From IMG/VR virus record IMGVR_UViG_3300036715_001160: DNA of 64,000 nucleotides, one strand, 5' to 3'. This DNA comes from an uncultured virus (IMG/VR IMGVR_UViG_3300036715_001160). Taxonomy: Duplodnaviria; Heunggongvirae; Uroviricota; Caudoviricetes. A model generated the notes under the pieces. It had not been told where the DNA came from and made no database searches. It saw only the letters and a list, made by a program, of their open reading frames with translations. The position numbers were made by a program, and so were the translations under genes. Shown one piece after another: positions 38,329 to 47,011 of the stretch (its first letter is position 1; each line of letters begins with the position of its first letter).

Positions 38329-38367
38329 CTCGTTGTTAGCCACAGAAACCAACAAACTGCGACAATA
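38293..38367 (-). ncRNA. Candidate structured 3'-UTR / small RNA
   Basis: GC-richer island: GUCGCAG-[UUUGUUGGUUU]-CUGUGGC hairpin followed by terminator hairpin; see findings. Confidence 0.3.
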
Positions 38368-39231
38368 TTATAAAATAGGAGCACATCCTCCAGTTTCTTG
38401 CCATAATGCATAAGACTCTTCTCCTCCTATGAATATAAAATTTTCACAACATTCAATTACAAGTCCAAATCTTTGAAGTAATTCAGTTATTTGTAAATAA
38501 GTTGTAGTTGGATCAACAATAATAAAAGCTTCTATCATTGCAATAAAGTCAGGAATATTAGTTGAACCATCAACATTTAATGAACCATTTTCAACAATAC
38601 CACTTTCTGCTATTTGTAAAGGAGCACCTGTTAAATTTGCAAGATCATTTACAGCAGTTGTAAATCCATTATTACATGGTGATAATGTACCTCCTGTAAA
38701 TAGATTATATGCATTATAAGTTTCTATTGATGCATAAATATTATTACAACAGTTTATAACTCCTCCTGCTGCTTCATATAATTTTCCAAATACTGTAACA
38801 CTTGTAAGCATATAAGGTCCACATGTAGGACAACAAATATTAGTTGGTCCATTAGAAAGTAATACTCCTGTTGTAAGAAAATCCTGAAATGCATAATATG
38901 GAGTTACTGATGGTAAATTAACCATTGCAAGTACTGTATTTTTAATATAAGTAAATGCACTAGAAGTACAAAGAGGTGGTGTTGGAGTACCACATGTTAA
39001 TGCTCCATTGTTTTGTAAATATAATATAAGATCAGCAAAAGCTTCAGCAACACTTGCACCACTTGGAATTATAATATCATCACCACACATTAAAGCTTCT
39101 CCTGTATATACAACACAATTAGCATCAAAAAATTCTGCACACGGTTGTGGATTAGGACAATCTACTGGAGTTGGGCATGGAGGTAAAGAAGGATAAGCTT
39201 CTTCACATCCGCATTTTATACATGTATTCAT
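38368..39231 (-). CDS. Cys-rich tail/fiber-associated protein (287 aa)
   Basis: CIKCGC, CPTPVDCP..QPC, NCVVYTG..LMC motif shared with the 480-aa neighbour (NCVIWAGPDLKC). Confidence 0.55.
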   Translation of the reverse strand: MNTCIKCGCEEAYPSLPPCPTPVDCPNPQPCAEFFDANCVVYTGEALMCGDDIIIPSGASVAEAFADLILYLQNNGALTCGTPTPPLCTSSAFTYIKNTVLAMVNLPSVTPYYAFQDFLTTGVLLSNGPTNICCPTCGPYMLTSVTVFGKLYEAAGGVINCCNNIYASIETYNAYNLFTGGTLSPCNNGFTTAVNDLANLTGAPLQIAESGIVENGSLNVDGSTNIPDFIAMIEAFIIVDPTTTYLQITELLQRFGLVIECCENFIFIGGEESYALWQETGGCAPIL

Positions 39232-39241
39232 AGTATTTTAT

Positions 39242-40684
39242 TTATTTAACTTTTTGTATTGTCATTCTTGCAACATCACCTACATATGATACATAACTAA
39301 TATTTGAAAGATTAAGTGCTCTAAGACATAATTGATCACCTGCTGTTATAGGTATTCCTAATATAGTTCCTGTTACTTCAACATATCTTAATATATTTGT
39401 TATTGCGCATATTGAATTTATATAATAAGAAGTACCTGCAGTATCAGTAATACCAGCAATAACACTTCCAGAACTAAAACCAGTAGGATCATTACTTATA
39501 TGTAACCAAAAATTTAAATTATATATTCCTGTTGAAGGACAAGTCCAAAAACCTGTTATAGGATTATATGCACTAACATCATCATATAGTGTATTAGTAA
39601 GTTTTATTAATACACCAGAAGCTAAATTTAAAGCTGCTGATGGTGCTACTATTGGTAAATTTGGAGGAGTAACATATACAGACATTGCAGGTGGTACTAT
39701 TACATCTGCTGTTAATGTATATGTTGGACCTGCACCAACTGATAAATCAACTGTTGCTGTATCTGCAACTGATATAGCTGAAGGAATTACATCTGCACTA
39801 ACTATATATGCTGGTCCTCCTGTTACAGTCATATTAATTGTTGCAGTATCTAAAGCAGTAAGAGTTGTATGTCCATTTCTTAAATCTTCAATACATGCCC
39901 AAATATTATTAATGGTATCACATATTTGTACTGCTGGTGTTACCCATAATCCTGCATATTGTGCAGACATTTGTGCAAGAGGATTTGCTATAGAAAGATC
40001 AGTAGATGCAACAGTTTGATTTGCAATTGCATTTGCTAAGCATCCAGCATCACCTGTTGTACTAACATAAGTACACCATATATCATTTATAAATGATTGT
40101 AATATAAGATCTATTGCTTGTGTACTACCACTAAGTAATGTAGATATATCACAACCTAATGTAAAAGTAGGTGTAGTATATGATGGAGGTACTGTATTTT
40201 CTAAAGTAGTTACTCTTACATCTAAATCACTAATTGCTATATCTTGTAATGCATTAAGATCAATAATTGCACATATTTTTTCACCAATAGCAATTACATA
40301 CTCAGTAAGATTCATTGTAGTTATAGTACCAGATACAAAACATGGTGCTACTGATACTATACAATCTGTAGGACATCCACTAGAAGGAGGTATGTCAGGA
40401 TTAACTGGAATATTTTCAAGTTCACATACTTTAAGTATTAAGAAATTAATCAAATCAGTAAAAGTACTTGGTGCACAACTTACTAAATTAAAGCAATCAA
40501 GATCATAAGAATTAATATCTAATGTATCTAGAATTGCACATAATTCTTTTGCAAGTTTCTCAACTACATCTGTAATAGAATCTCCTCTACATAAGTTTAT
40601 ACACTTTAAATCCGGACCTGCCCAAATTACACAATTTGAAGAAGTTGGAGTACACGGTGAATTATCAAAATTTAATGGTTTCAT
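39242..40684 (-). CDS. Tail fiber/spike protein with C-terminal C1q/BclA-C-like head
   Basis: Cys-rich N-terminus, short coiled coil (ISDLDVRVTTLE), DTAT repeats, C-terminal YDDVSAYNPITGFWTCPSTGIYNLNF typical of C1q-like jelly-roll. Confidence 0.6.
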   Translation of the reverse strand: MKPLNFDNSPCTPTSSNCVIWAGPDLKCINLCRGDSITDVVEKLAKELCAILDTLDINSYDLDCFNLVSCAPSTFTDLINFLILKVCELENIPVNPDIPPSSGCPTDCIVSVAPCFVSGTITTMNLTEYVIAIGEKICAIIDLNALQDIAISDLDVRVTTLENTVPPSYTTPTFTLGCDISTLLSGSTQAIDLILQSFINDIWCTYVSTTGDAGCLANAIANQTVASTDLSIANPLAQMSAQYAGLWVTPAVQICDTINNIWACIEDLRNGHTTLTALDTATINMTVTGGPAYIVSADVIPSAISVADTATVDLSVGAGPTYTLTADVIVPPAMSVYVTPPNLPIVAPSAALNLASGVLIKLTNTLYDDVSAYNPITGFWTCPSTGIYNLNFWLHISNDPTGFSSGSVIAGITDTAGTSYYINSICAITNILRYVEVTGTILGIPITAGDQLCLRALNLSNISYVSYVGDVARMTIQKVK

Positions 40685-40719
40685 ATCTTTAGTATCTATT
40701 TATAATATAACAATTTTAA

Positions 40720-42288
40720 TTAAGAATTGCAACCGCAACCACAATTTATAGTTTGTTGACAACTATTAGTATTAGAAGTATTGCATCCACATCCACAACC
40801 TCTATCATGTGTACAACAATCTTGGAAAGGTCTACATACATAATCAGGATTTAAAATTGCTTGTAACTCTAATAATTGAAATTTAATATAAAGTCTATAT
40901 AACTCATCTTCTGGACAACATGGAGCAATACCATATCTTTGTGAAATAACGTCTTTATATAAGATCTGAGAGTATGAACAAGCTATTCTTTCATAATATT
41001 CAGTTGAACATGCTGGAGAATTGTATCCTGGTCTTACACTTTTAAAAGGAACATCTGATGGACATGCATTATCTACACATGGTCCATTATCAGTATATAT
41101 TTCAGGAAGAGTCCATCCATCTGGATAGATCCATTTTAATACACAAAACTTTACACTAGTTGCTCCTGCTGCTAATGTAATTGATTTAATTATATTGTCA
41201 CAATTTTCAAATGAGAAAACTGCTGTAGCATCACTATTATTAGTTATTGTGCTACAGAAACATACTGTATTAGTTAAACATACTTCACATGATTCATATA
41301 CTGTTTCTACTATAACTAAATCATCTGAAGTATTTACATCAGTTTCTTCAACATAGTAACATGACTCAGGACAGAATTTAAGTTTAATAATAGATGTTAA
41401 GTATGCAGATAAATTAGTAGTAGTATATACTGTTGGAGCTACACCTTCACAATCTATTACTGCATATCTTGTTACAGTACATTCTTGACATGTATCATAA
41501 GCAATTGATACTGTTACTATTACTGGAGAAGGTACATCACCATTGTATATAGTTACATAAAAGCATCCTTCATATTCATCAAGAGTTACTATTTTATCTA
41601 AATATACTGATAAGTCTTCTGATGTATATAATACAAAGTCATCTGCTGGATCACATGATTCTAATCTGTAATTAATTATAGGAAGACATTCAATACAATC
41701 TGTATATGTAATAAGTACTGTTACAGGAATAGGAGATATACATACTTCTGCAATTGTTATTTCCCAACATCCTGGAAATTCAGCAAGTGTAACAATTTGC
41801 CCAAGTGAATATGGAAATGCTAATTCTTGTGAATTAGATTGTATAACTTCATCTGTTTCACAATTAGTTAACTCATAACATACATCTACACATTCAAATA
41901 ATTTAGCATTAGGAACTACTACACATGGTAAACCCATTGTAATAACAATATCAACACCTACAGCATCTGGATATGAACTTGAACATATTCTTGCTGGAGT
42001 AGTTTCATTTCTAAGATTATTAAAATGATCTATATAAGTTACATTTCCTATACCAGTAATTGTATAACATTTAGTTACACAAGGTGTACATGGTTCTTCT
42101 ACATTAGTTACTACAGGAATTAATGGATATATAGGAACACCTATTCTTGTTACATACCAACAACTAATTGGTGATAAAGTAGTAGGCATTAATTTATTAA
42201 CATATAAATTACAAAGAGGACAGTTAGCAGTATCCGTATATATTACTTCATCATTAAAACAATTATATAACTTATAACTTATTGACAT
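40720..42288 (-). CDS. Cys-rich repeat structural protein (522 aa)
   Basis: Several ~65-70 aa repeats Y.L..C....Y....L..Y...I..L....C...V...Y..C..C; C-terminal CGCGCN x2. Confidence 0.65.
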   Translation of the reverse strand: MSISYKLYNCFNDEVIYTDTANCPLCNLYVNKLMPTTLSPISCWYVTRIGVPIYPLIPVVTNVEEPCTPCVTKCYTITGIGNVTYIDHFNNLRNETTPARICSSSYPDAVGVDIVITMGLPCVVVPNAKLFECVDVCYELTNCETDEVIQSNSQELAFPYSLGQIVTLAEFPGCWEITIAEVCISPIPVTVLITYTDCIECLPIINYRLESCDPADDFVLYTSEDLSVYLDKIVTLDEYEGCFYVTIYNGDVPSPVIVTVSIAYDTCQECTVTRYAVIDCEGVAPTVYTTTNLSAYLTSIIKLKFCPESCYYVEETDVNTSDDLVIVETVYESCEVCLTNTVCFCSTITNNSDATAVFSFENCDNIIKSITLAAGATSVKFCVLKWIYPDGWTLPEIYTDNGPCVDNACPSDVPFKSVRPGYNSPACSTEYYERIACSYSQILYKDVISQRYGIAPCCPEDELYRLYIKFQLLELQAILNPDYVCRPFQDCCTHDRGCGCGCNTSNTNSCQQTINCGCGCNS

Positions 42289-42293
42289 ATTAA

Positions 42294-42431
42294 TTATTTT
42301 TTTAGTTGTAATTGTTTAAGTTTCATTTCATAATTTGAAATACAATTTGTACATACCTGTGCTTTATTTGATGCAACTCTTTTTTGACATCCACATGATA
42401 AAATTTTACTGCAGTTTGAACATTTAGCCAT
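42294..42431 (-). CDS. Small Cys-rich (Zn-finger-like) protein, 45 aa (not in ORF track)
   Basis: MAKCSNCSKNLSCGCQKRVASNKAQVCTNCISNYEMKLKQLQLKK*; exactly fills the gap between neighbours; AAAAACCAACAAG leader. Confidence 0.7.
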   Translation of the reverse strand: MAKCSNCSKILSCGCQKRVASNKAQVCTNCISNYEMKLKQLQLKK

Positions 42432-42450
42432 CTTGTTGGTTTTTAATGGT

Positions 42451-42996
42451 TTAACAATTTTTACACTCAATTTTACGCATTATTTGTAATGCATAATTAT
42501 ATAAGGTCATTCCGTGAGTTGGTTCATGACAGAATTCTACTTTTGCTTTTGCAGCATCCAAGTACATCTTAGCCATCTTTAATATCTCTAATTTTTTTTG
42601 AATACTTGCTGGTGGTTCACACGCAGCAAGATCTAATTTACATAAAATATTATTATAAATATTTAATGCTCTTGTAATTCTTAAATGATTATATATTACA
42701 AATATTGTATCATTAGGTGACACACTATATTTAATAACATATATACCATCTGGTAAATCACTAAATACTGTACCATCACATCCTTGAGTTTGTAATTGTA
42801 AATCACATGCTGTAAGAATTGTATTTCCTCCTGGCACTGTTGTAATCTGAGAAGAATAACTAAATCCTGGTACAGTTATATTTAATGTAGGACATGATAC
42901 GGGCATCAATGGAGAATAAATACTTGTGTCTAATATTGACATTATACAAGTATTCATTACAGTAGGTACTTCTAAACTTAATAAATGATGTGCCAT
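42451..42996 (-). CDS. Conserved tail-hub-like structural protein (181 aa)
   Basis: DTSIY...PTLNITVPGF...DLPDGIYVIKYSVSPN; follows the auxiliary capsid gene as in crAss-like phages. Confidence 0.55.
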   Translation of the reverse strand: MAHHLLSLEVPTVMNTCIMSILDTSIYSPLMPVSCPTLNITVPGFSYSSQITTVPGGNTILTACDLQLQTQGCDGTVFSDLPDGIYVIKYSVSPNDTIFVIYNHLRITRALNIYNNILCKLDLAACEPPASIQKKLEILKMAKMYLDAAKAKVEFCHEPTHGMTLYNYALQIMRKIECKNC

Positions 42997-43006
42997 AATA
43001 ATTTAT

Positions 43007-43041
43007 AAAAAAAGGGAGGGAAAATAAATTCACCTCCCTTT
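43007..43041 (-). terminator. Rho-independent terminator
   Basis: aaagggagg...cctcccttt inverted repeat with minus-strand T-tract, downstream of the 438-aa gene. Confidence 0.8.
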
Positions 43042-43065
43042 GTTAGTAATATAATTTTGTACTAC

Positions 43066-44382
43066 TTATGGAATAAATGCAGCTTCCAATGGAATAAGTG
43101 GAGTACAAGCTGTAATTGCACTAATTACTTCAAGCTCAATACAGTTACCACATGCATCAATCCAATCTGTAACAAAATCTTCAAATGTAACATCAGCACC
43201 AGTTGTAATAACTTCTAGTAAGTATTGATCATTATCAAATGTACCAGTTGGGTTATTGAAACGTGGAACTGAATGTTGCAAGTAATATCTTGTATAGAAT
43301 GCAGTTCTGTTAATAGTATTTAAGATTTGATCACCTTGAGTAATCTCTCTTATTCTAAGATCAGTAGCAAAGAAGTTTTGTCTGTATCTTTCTGATAAGA
43401 TTACATCTCTAGCAACTGATTCACCAAGACCCATTGCTTGTAAACCTGTACACTCAGTAACAACACACAATCCTTCAAACTCACATGGATTACCTGCGTA
43501 ATCAACTAATGATGCATATAACTTAACTGGTTCTTTTTCAAAGAAATCAGAAGTTTGGAATGTACAGTCACTGAAATCAGTTCCAACATAAGCACCAAAT
43601 AAAGTGATACCTGCATATTCACCTGGAGTATTTCCTGGAGATACATAGTTATCCCAAGTACCACCAATTGTATAACCAGCTGGAGCAACAAAACCTGTTG
43701 TATCAGTTCCTGGAGCATACCATAAAGAATTATCTTCAGCAGTAACTACTGGTAAAACAAATGGAGAAATTACAGTTTGAGCTGAACTAACAATTGTATT
43801 AGGAATAATTTGACCAACAATTGCTTGAGCCCATTGAATCATAACTAAAGTACCATCAACTGGAGTTGGAGCAAGTGCTCCTGCAGGACAACATCCTGTG
43901 TAAGCTTCAACAGTTAAGTAAGCATTGTGATTTAAAAATCTTAATGCAGGAGAACCTTTAACATCAATACGTAAAGAGTAAGTCTCATCACATAAAAATT
44001 CTCTTTCACAAGTACCACCCTCAGCTTCAGTAAAAGGTGTAAACCCAATATTAATAACATTTTGTTGAGCAATGTTAGGATCTACTCTGTAGAATCTATT
44101 AACATACTTAGGGTTGATGATTTTAGATTTATTAGATTCTAAATATCCACCGTGAGAACCAATTTTGTCTTTAGAATATAAAGATCCTGAAGCAAGAATT
44201 AATGGACAACATCCTGTAGGAGGTGTGTTAACATTAACAATATCCCAAGTTTTTGGATCAACAAATGCATAATCACCTGTAGCAAGAATGTTACCTGGTG
44301 TTCCTAATTGTCCTTCACCAAGGTCAGTAAAACCTTGTGTTCCAACAAAAGCCTTTTGAAAGGCATGATTAAAATAAGCCAT
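43066..44382 (-). CDS. Auxiliary capsid / conserved structural protein (438 aa)
   Basis: Own promoter-like motif and terminator (high expression); C-terminal Y.LQHSVPRFNNPTGTFDNDQY; synteny downstream of MCP block. Confidence 0.55.
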   Translation of the reverse strand: MAYFNHAFQKAFVGTQGFTDLGEGQLGTPGNILATGDYAFVDPKTWDIVNVNTPPTGCCPLILASGSLYSKDKIGSHGGYLESNKSKIINPKYVNRFYRVDPNIAQQNVINIGFTPFTEAEGGTCEREFLCDETYSLRIDVKGSPALRFLNHNAYLTVEAYTGCCPAGALAPTPVDGTLVMIQWAQAIVGQIIPNTIVSSAQTVISPFVLPVVTAEDNSLWYAPGTDTTGFVAPAGYTIGGTWDNYVSPGNTPGEYAGITLFGAYVGTDFSDCTFQTSDFFEKEPVKLYASLVDYAGNPCEFEGLCVVTECTGLQAMGLGESVARDVILSERYRQNFFATDLRIREITQGDQILNTINRTAFYTRYYLQHSVPRFNNPTGTFDNDQYLLEVITTGADVTFEDFVTDWIDACGNCIELEVISAITACTPLIPLEAAFIP

Positions 44383-44464
44383 AATAATTTAATTTTAATT
44401 AATAAATATATATATAATATAATAAAATAATTTCAATTTACAAAATTATTTTAAAAATAATAAT

Positions 44465-45163
44465 TTAATTGTTTCTTTCTGCTGTCTCTGTTCCTCTAGA
44501 GAATTGATTACCTGATTCAATATCACCAGCAAGTATACTAACTGTTTCATCAATTAGTACTTCAACTATATCATCTTTAAATTCACATTCTACATTTGTA
44601 GTAGTTTGTACACTAGTGTAAGGATCTATACATCCTTGTATCTCAATTTTTATTGGTTGTCTATAATATGTAAGACTACCAGAACTGATATCAAAATCAT
44701 TATTTGTATACACATTGACTCTATTATTTTTTAAAGTTGCAAATGTTTCAGCCCACTCAAAACTAGGTCTCTTAGCATTATCAAATAGTAATTGATTTAA
44801 GTTACCTTCTTCTGCAAGATACACTGACATTCTTCTGTCATCACAACATCCTTTTCTAGCTTGAATATCTACACGTTTCCATTGTAAATAATCAGGAGGT
44901 AAATCAGAATAAGAAGATATATCAGATTTAACAAATGGTACATTAATAGTATCTAGTAGTATTTGTAAATCATCTATTCTTCTAGTAGACTGCTCATCAC
45001 CTTCTTTCACAATATTGATACCATGAAGTTGTCTTCTAATCCATTCAACCTGAGCCTTATTAAAAGATTCCACTACTTGCCAACATTCAATGTTGTCATA
45101 GTCCTGGCTGTCCAATTTGTTAAGACGTTGTTTTACTTTTATAACTATAGTACTATTAAGCAT
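44465..45163 (-). CDS. Tail tubular/ring (head-tail connector) protein
   Basis: LNKLDSQDYDN...FNKAQ.EW...EQSTRRIDDLQ.L...LP.DY...LTYYRQP...CEF; typical crAss-like ring protein. Confidence 0.7.
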   Translation of the reverse strand: MLNSTIVIKVKQRLNKLDSQDYDNIECWQVVESFNKAQVEWIRRQLHGINIVKEGDEQSTRRIDDLQILLDTINVPFVKSDISSYSDLPPDYLQWKRVDIQARKGCCDDRRMSVYLAEEGNLNQLLFDNAKRPSFEWAETFATLKNNRVNVYTNNDFDISSGSLTYYRQPIKIEIQGCIDPYTSVQTTTNVECEFKDDIVEVLIDETVSILAGDIESGNQFSRGTETAERNN

Positions 45164-45166
45164 GTT

Positions 45167-45691
45167 TTATTTTTTAGTTTTTACAGCACCACCTTTTTTC
45201 TTATACATTTCCATTATAGCTCTTGTTGGAAAAAGAAGACCTAATTTAATTTTATCAACAGTACTTAAAGTAGGTTTTAATTTTGGTTTATTAACTGGTT
45301 TAGTAGATGCAACTGCTTTAGATTTAATTGTTTTAATTTTATCTGCGTTAATTTTATTTGATGTTGCAGGTGAAGGTTTTTTAACAGCATATGAATTTTC
45401 AACAGCATTTTCATATTTACCAACTGGTCTAGGTTTATTTACTTTAAAACCAGCCATTGGATTATCTGTAACAACTGTAGGTTCAGCATATGCTCTAACA
45501 GGTTTATTAGATGTTCTAACAGGTATAGCAACTGTAGGTTTAACATATTTTTTAACAGGTTTAGAAGATTCATTTACTTCTCCTGTTGACTGATATTTTG
45601 TAATTGATTTTTTAACAATAGCATTTCTAACTTCATTAGCTTTTCTAAATGCAGTTAAGGGATGTTCTTTAGTTATTGTTTTCTTTTTCAT
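45167..45691 (-). CDS. Small Lys-rich protein
   Basis: 174 aa, ends KKKGGAVKTKK; tightly packed co-oriented ORF. Confidence 0.7.
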   Translation of the reverse strand: MKKKTITKEHPLTAFRKANEVRNAIVKKSITKYQSTGEVNESSKPVKKYVKPTVAIPVRTSNKPVRAYAEPTVVTDNPMAGFKVNKPRPVGKYENAVENSYAVKKPSPATSNKINADKIKTIKSKAVASTKPVNKPKLKPTLSTVDKIKLGLLFPTRAIMEMYKKKGGAVKTKK

Positions 45692-45701
45692 AATATTTAA
45701 T

Positions 45702-45974
45702 TTAACAGTTCCATTTTCTTAAAGCAAGAGTCTTTCTTGTAGGCTCTCCATTTGGTTTTTTAGCAGGACCCTTAACCCCAGACATTCTAGCACAAAATGA
45801 TGCTCTACGTTTAGCATCTTTACTACCAGGTTTAAGTTTAGAAGGTTTTGTAGTTACAGCCATTTTTAATTTTGAAGATGGGTTAGCTGCTCTATAAGAA
45901 GCTACTCCTTTAGCATTTAATCCTCCGGTTTTATTCTTACCTTCTGATCTTGTCCAAGCTGGTGTCTTTGCCAT
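45702..45974 (-). CDS. Small basic protein (DUF6321-like by recall)
   Basis: AWTRSEGKNKTGGLNAKG...RRASFCARMSG...LRKWNC motif widespread in aquatic phages. Confidence 0.65.
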   Translation of the reverse strand: MAKTPAWTRSEGKNKTGGLNAKGVASYRAANPSSKLKMAVTTKPSKLKPGSKDAKRRASFCARMSGVKGPAKKPNGEPTRKTLALRKWNC

Positions 45975-45976
45975 AA

Positions 45977-46375
45977 CTATTTCTTTTTATATTTTACAGG
46001 TCCACCTTTTTTTTGTTGATAAAGATTAGTTTTACTTGTATTAAAAGTTGGACTAGATCTAACTCGTTCTATATTATCTTTTTTTAGCAATTCTGGAACA
46101 GGACTATATCCTCCTATTGTAGGCATTTTTCCTCTACCAAATTTATTGAATAGATTAATATCATTATTATAACGCTCATCTATGCTTTCAGTATCTTCTT
46201 TACTTAATGGACCTTGTGTTGTGTTAGTAACTATACCATCTTGAGCTTTTTTTAAAGTTTGTTTTGGTTCAGGTTTAGTTTTACCTTTTAAAGAATTAAA
46301 AAATCCAAGTGGGTTTCCAAGAGGATTTCCTAATGGTCCCATTTTTTGTTTTGATGTTGTTTTTTTAATTGCCAT
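45977..46375 (-). CDS. Small Lys-rich protein
   Basis: 132 aa, GNPLGNPLG, ends QKKGGPVKYKKK. Confidence 0.7.
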   Translation of the reverse strand: MAIKKTTSKQKMGPLGNPLGNPLGFFNSLKGKTKPEPKQTLKKAQDGIVTNTTQGPLSKEDTESIDERYNNDINLFNKFGRGKMPTIGGYSPVPELLKKDNIERVRSSPTFNTSKTNLYQQKKGGPVKYKKK

Positions 46376-46668
46376 TACTTCTTAGTTTTTTTATGAGTAC
46401 TATTTTTCATAATCTTACCATCAGGCATCATATGAGAACCTTTAGGTACTTTAGGATTATTTTTATGCCATTTCTTTTCAGCGGCAACACCTTGAGCAAC
46501 AGTCTTAGCTTTAGAAGTTCTAGTTAAACTAATAGTATCATAGGTTCCTTTATCTTTAGTAGGATGATTTACCATGATATCACCAACTTTACCTTCTCCT
46601 CTTTTAGTAGTCTTTTTATATACTACATGCTTTTCACCATTTGTAGTAACTTTCACTTTACTTGCCAT
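46375..46668 (-). CDS. Small basic protein
   Basis: 97 aa, C-terminal PKGSHMMPDGKIMK motif. Confidence 0.7.
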   Translation of the reverse strand: MASKVKVTTNGEKHVVYKKTTKRGEGKVGDIMVNHPTKDKGTYDTISLTRTSKAKTVAQGVAAEKKWHKNNPKVPKGSHMMPDGKIMKNSTHKKTKK

Positions 46669-46670
46669 GA

Positions 46671-47009
46671 CTATACATTTTTAACTCTTCTACCCATACC
46701 TACTTTAGACTTTTCAGCTTTCTTTGCAGCTAGTTTAGAAGGAGTAAGTTCATACTTAGTTTTAGGTGTATCCTTAGATACTTTCTTGGTTGGCCGGCAG
46801 TATTCATTTTTACCACCAGCCCCACAAGCTTTTCCTGATTTTGTATCTTGCCACTTTTCTGATTGCCATCTTTTTAAGTTTGTTCCTGCTTCTGTTTTTC
46901 TAACAGTACCAGAACCTTTCCTACATTTAGCAATAGCTTGAGAAGCTCTAGCTGAAGGAAACACAGCATACTGTGCTTTTACTTTAGAATAACATGCATC
47001 TTTTGGCAT
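46671..47009 (-). CDS. Small basic protein (KDACY.KVK...PSA.AS / LKRW..EKW.D family; DUF5872-like by recall)
   Basis: 112 aa, KDACYSKVKAQYAVFPSARASQAIAKCRK and LKRWQSEKWQD..GKACG...YCRP. Confidence 0.65.
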   Translation of the reverse strand: MPKDACYSKVKAQYAVFPSARASQAIAKCRKGSGTVRKTEAGTNLKRWQSEKWQDTKSGKACGAGGKNEYCRPTKKVSKDTPKTKYELTPSKLAAKKAEKSKVGMGRRVKNV

Positions 47010-47011
47010 AA

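Noticed and set aside
44383..44464. Extremely AT-rich intergenic stretch as a replication origin
   Set aside because: Short, no iterons, and explained by the promoter-like motif for the 438-aa gene.
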